64,000 nt of DNA, taken from contig NC_057751.1 in the NCBI RefSeq assembly GCF_004010195.1, positions 5,808,502 to 5,872,501 on the forward strand. The letters run 5' to 3'. The notes under the pieces are model-generated. The model was given only the letters and a program-made list of their open reading frames with translations. It was not told the origin of the DNA and did no database searches. Of the stretch, positions 61,441 to 64,000 are shown piece by piece. This stretch comes from Chiloscyllium plagiosum. Taxonomy: Eukaryota. Position numbers and translations under genes: made by a program. Within the stretch, counting starts at the first letter, position 1. Each line of letters opens with the position of its first letter.

Positions 61441-62044
61441 TCATCCATGAAATAATAAATGGTCAGCTGAAATTGTAAACCTCTGACTTTGAAAGATTGC
61501 ATGTTAAGTGAGACATAATTTGTCAATTATCTGTAAATATTACAGTTGTTGTATTTAAAAATCTTTACTTCCACATTTCTTGATCATGAACTCTTACTTT
61601 CTGTTCTTACTGTGAAGACCTGTTCCCCCTCAACTATCGGTGGTTGCAGGGTTGTAGCTCAATTTATCTTGTCCAGGATCCTTATCTTAAAGTATAGTGC
61701 CAGTTCCAAGTCTGCACTTTCTAAATTATGTCAGTGTTGCTATTTGACTGGAATTTGATTCTTGGCTTGACAGACGATTGCCCTATCAGTAGACATGGGC
61801 TGACTCATAGCTTTTTGGCTTAGTCCAAGTTGTACTGTGTTTTTTGGAGGACTTTTTGTCATTCAGCCGAATGGGTTTTCTTGCTGTATCTTATCAAAAT
61901 CTCCTAATGAATGACTTGCTGCTATGGTATCGCACATGTCCTATTCAGGCCCTAGTTTACCAAGCACTTTTCCAAAAACAACTTACCATTTCTGAGCATC
62001 CATAGTGTCAATTCCATCTTTAAAAGTCTGCTATGCATACAGAT

Positions 62045-62575
62045 AAGCATTACCATTCAGAGTTGCTGTGCAGAATTCCTGACATTCCAGGGAAAAGGTT
62101 GATACAGAGATGAGACTTCATTTGCCCCAAAATCAGCAGTGAAGGCCACAATACCAGAAAACATTAGCCTGATCTGATGTTATCACCTGGGTTTAAGCAG
62201 TCTCAGCTATCTGGAGAAATACTTAACAATGTAAGAAAAAGCTCAATGACCTTCTCCGCTCTGCCAATGTAAGTGCTGCCAACTTCTCTCCAATGTCACA
62301 CACTCTATTACTGTGCCCACCAACCACTAGTGCTCACACTCTCACTGTTGCCTGCAATATCTTCTCCACTCGTTGTCACCCAACCCCGGGTACCAGTAAC
62401 CTTACATGTCCTCTGTAATGTCTACTCACTTACTTGGGCCACCTCACCATGTGCACTTTCATTTCCCATAATACCTGCCTCTCTCTCATCACAGGAGGAA
62501 AACTGCTCCCGGTAGAACAGAAAGGTAAGTGGTGAGCTTCCCACCCCTTTTGAAGAGAAAATCCTGCCTCTGACC
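62045..62575 (+). pseudogene. Harbinger-type Myb/SANT-like DNA-binding gene remnant with one intron (62269-62494)
   Basis: Exon 1 translates LPQNQQ*RP...A*SDVITWV*AVSAIWRNT*QCKKKLNDLLRSAN, then GTAAGT. Polypyrimidine-CAG acceptor, then RKTAPGRTER / TPFEEKIL. Confidence 0.7.
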
Positions 62576-63195
62576 ATCTTGAGTGGCTGACTAACATGTC
62601 TGAGCCCTTGGACTTCTCTCAAAGGCTGCTCTTGACTTGCTGTATTGGAACCCACTGACCAAAGGCTTGACTTGACTGAGGGCTGCTGACAATCATGACA
62701 AGCTTCTTCCCTTTGTGCCTGTGCTGCATGGTAAGGCAAGACAGAGGTAATACGAGCTTGGTGTCTCTGACTGTAGGGTCAATATGCAAAAAGGCAAGGC
62801 AATGTAAAGTAGGGATGTTATGAGCATCCAGACAGGATCAAGGTAAATAAGTGTTACAACAGTGAGTGAAGAGCCCAGAGATGCATGTTTATCCATGTGT
62901 TTGGTGTGCTTCTCTCAGTGCTCAGTGTCCTCGCTGCAGCATTACAACGATAGTTGCTGTGAAATGCAGAAGTGGATCTGAAGGTATGCCAAGAGGTTTA
63001 TTTGATGACCAGCATACATTAGATGCCAGCATCTGTGGACATGTGGTGTGTGAAGCTTGTTCTGAGCTGTTGGTGCCAGGTGTCCAACATGGAGGCCCCT
63101 CTGAGCAAGCAGCAAACTCAACTTCCAGATACCCATATTGGTTCCAATGTCAGGATTTTTCCATGACCAGCTTGTTTGGTGAGTTCAGTAACACA

Positions 63196-63722
63196 TGAAA
63201 TAATTCCACAGAGGTCGGTATCCCATCATGAAGACACTCTTTTCTTCACATGCCATTATACACTTCACTGATGTAGCTTCCTCAGAGCAAGCTGTCAGAG
63301 TGAACAGAACCTCTGACACTCCTGTTTCTTTTCTCTTCAGGTGTCTGCCACCCTTTTTAAAAATTTTTCTTGTTTTCCTCTTTTTTTCAGGGTGTCTGAT
63401 ACTCCAGTTTTCTTTTTTCCTCACCTTGCATGACCGCCTAACCACAGGAGTGCTTATTTTTCCCCAACACCCATGGTATGTATGTGCAGGTGTAGGACAC
63501 AGTGAAGAACTAACAAGTGTGCAAATCTTTATTTGTATTCCACCACCAGGAAAAAAGGAAGCACCAGAGTGGCCAGTGACACGCAGTGCCCTTCTCAACA
63601 AAGGGTGACACTTCTGTTTCTATTTGTCAGCCAGGGATCCCGGATTGGACCAGATTAATGGCCCCAATTGGGCACTTAGATTCTGTGAGGTCCACCTAGC
63701 TGACCTTGTTACAATTACTGCA
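63196..63722 (-). mobile_element. Solo LTR (family A) interrupted by a retroposed insert
   Basis: TGAAATAA...ATTACTGCA termini. TSD CACA (63192-63195 and 63723-63726). Colinear with 1282-1513 once 63330-63621 is removed. Confidence 0.8.
63330..63605 (-). mobile_element. Non-LTR retroelement 3' end (L1/Tx1-like hallmarks)
   Basis: 16-bp TSD TGACACT[C/T]CTGTTTCT (63314-63329 and 63606-63621). Minus-strand AATAAA at 63528-63533. A-rich tail at 63330-63420. Confidence 0.7.
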
Positions 63723-64000
63723 CACAGAAAGCTGAATATTAATGAGATGAGTTAGAATGTCAATAAGGTGTTTACCAAGCAGCCACCCCCCTTAATTGGC
63801 AACTCGCCATGAGAAACTTGCAATGCTCCTTGTCAAAAGCATAAAAAGATAGCACAAGATGCTTCTGACATCAGGATCGGACTTGGAGGACTTCTTGTCT
63901 GATTCTGCCACAAATCTTGCCGTAGCCCCTGTCACTCAAACCCCTACAAGATTCTGTGTATTGAGTCTGTTGTATTTTAAACCAGTGATTCAAGCCACAC

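Noticed and set aside
1..64000. CRISPR array, operon or prokaryotic defence system
   Set aside because: No regularly spaced repeats or gene-dense regions. The sequence is vertebrate repeat-rich DNA.

Overview
This window is vertebrate non-genic or deep-intronic DNA dominated by transposon fossils. The HE1 V-SINEs and their CR1-clade partner LINEs point to an elasmobranch (shark) genome (inference). No host protein-coding gene, rRNA, true tRNA or CRISPR array can be supported, and nearly every long ORF in the track is a piece of a transposon. Recognisable content includes a near-complete decayed Rex1/Babar LINE (1.9-4.9 kb), many CR1 LINE copies of several ages (one with a 451-codon open RT frame), and two RTE fossils, one split by a CR1. 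There is also an L2 3' end, a Penelope-like (GIY-YIG) fossil, and about a dozen short Penelope-derived fold-back repeats with intact or decayed minimal hammerhead-ribozyme cores. Five HE1 SINEs, three other SINE families, at least six solo LTRs and PIF/Harbinger remnants (transposase plus an intron-containing Myb/SANT gene) complete the picture. The most unusual signal is at 63.3-63.6 kb: a retroposed 3' end inserted into a solo LTR with a 16-bp TSD, whose A-rich tail carries two further degenerate copies of the same target site. This suggests a retroelement that repeatedly targets that LTR family. Several repeat-free, motif-rich islands are candidate conserved non-coding elements. Family names come from recalled motifs, not database searches, and boundaries of old repeats are approximate.
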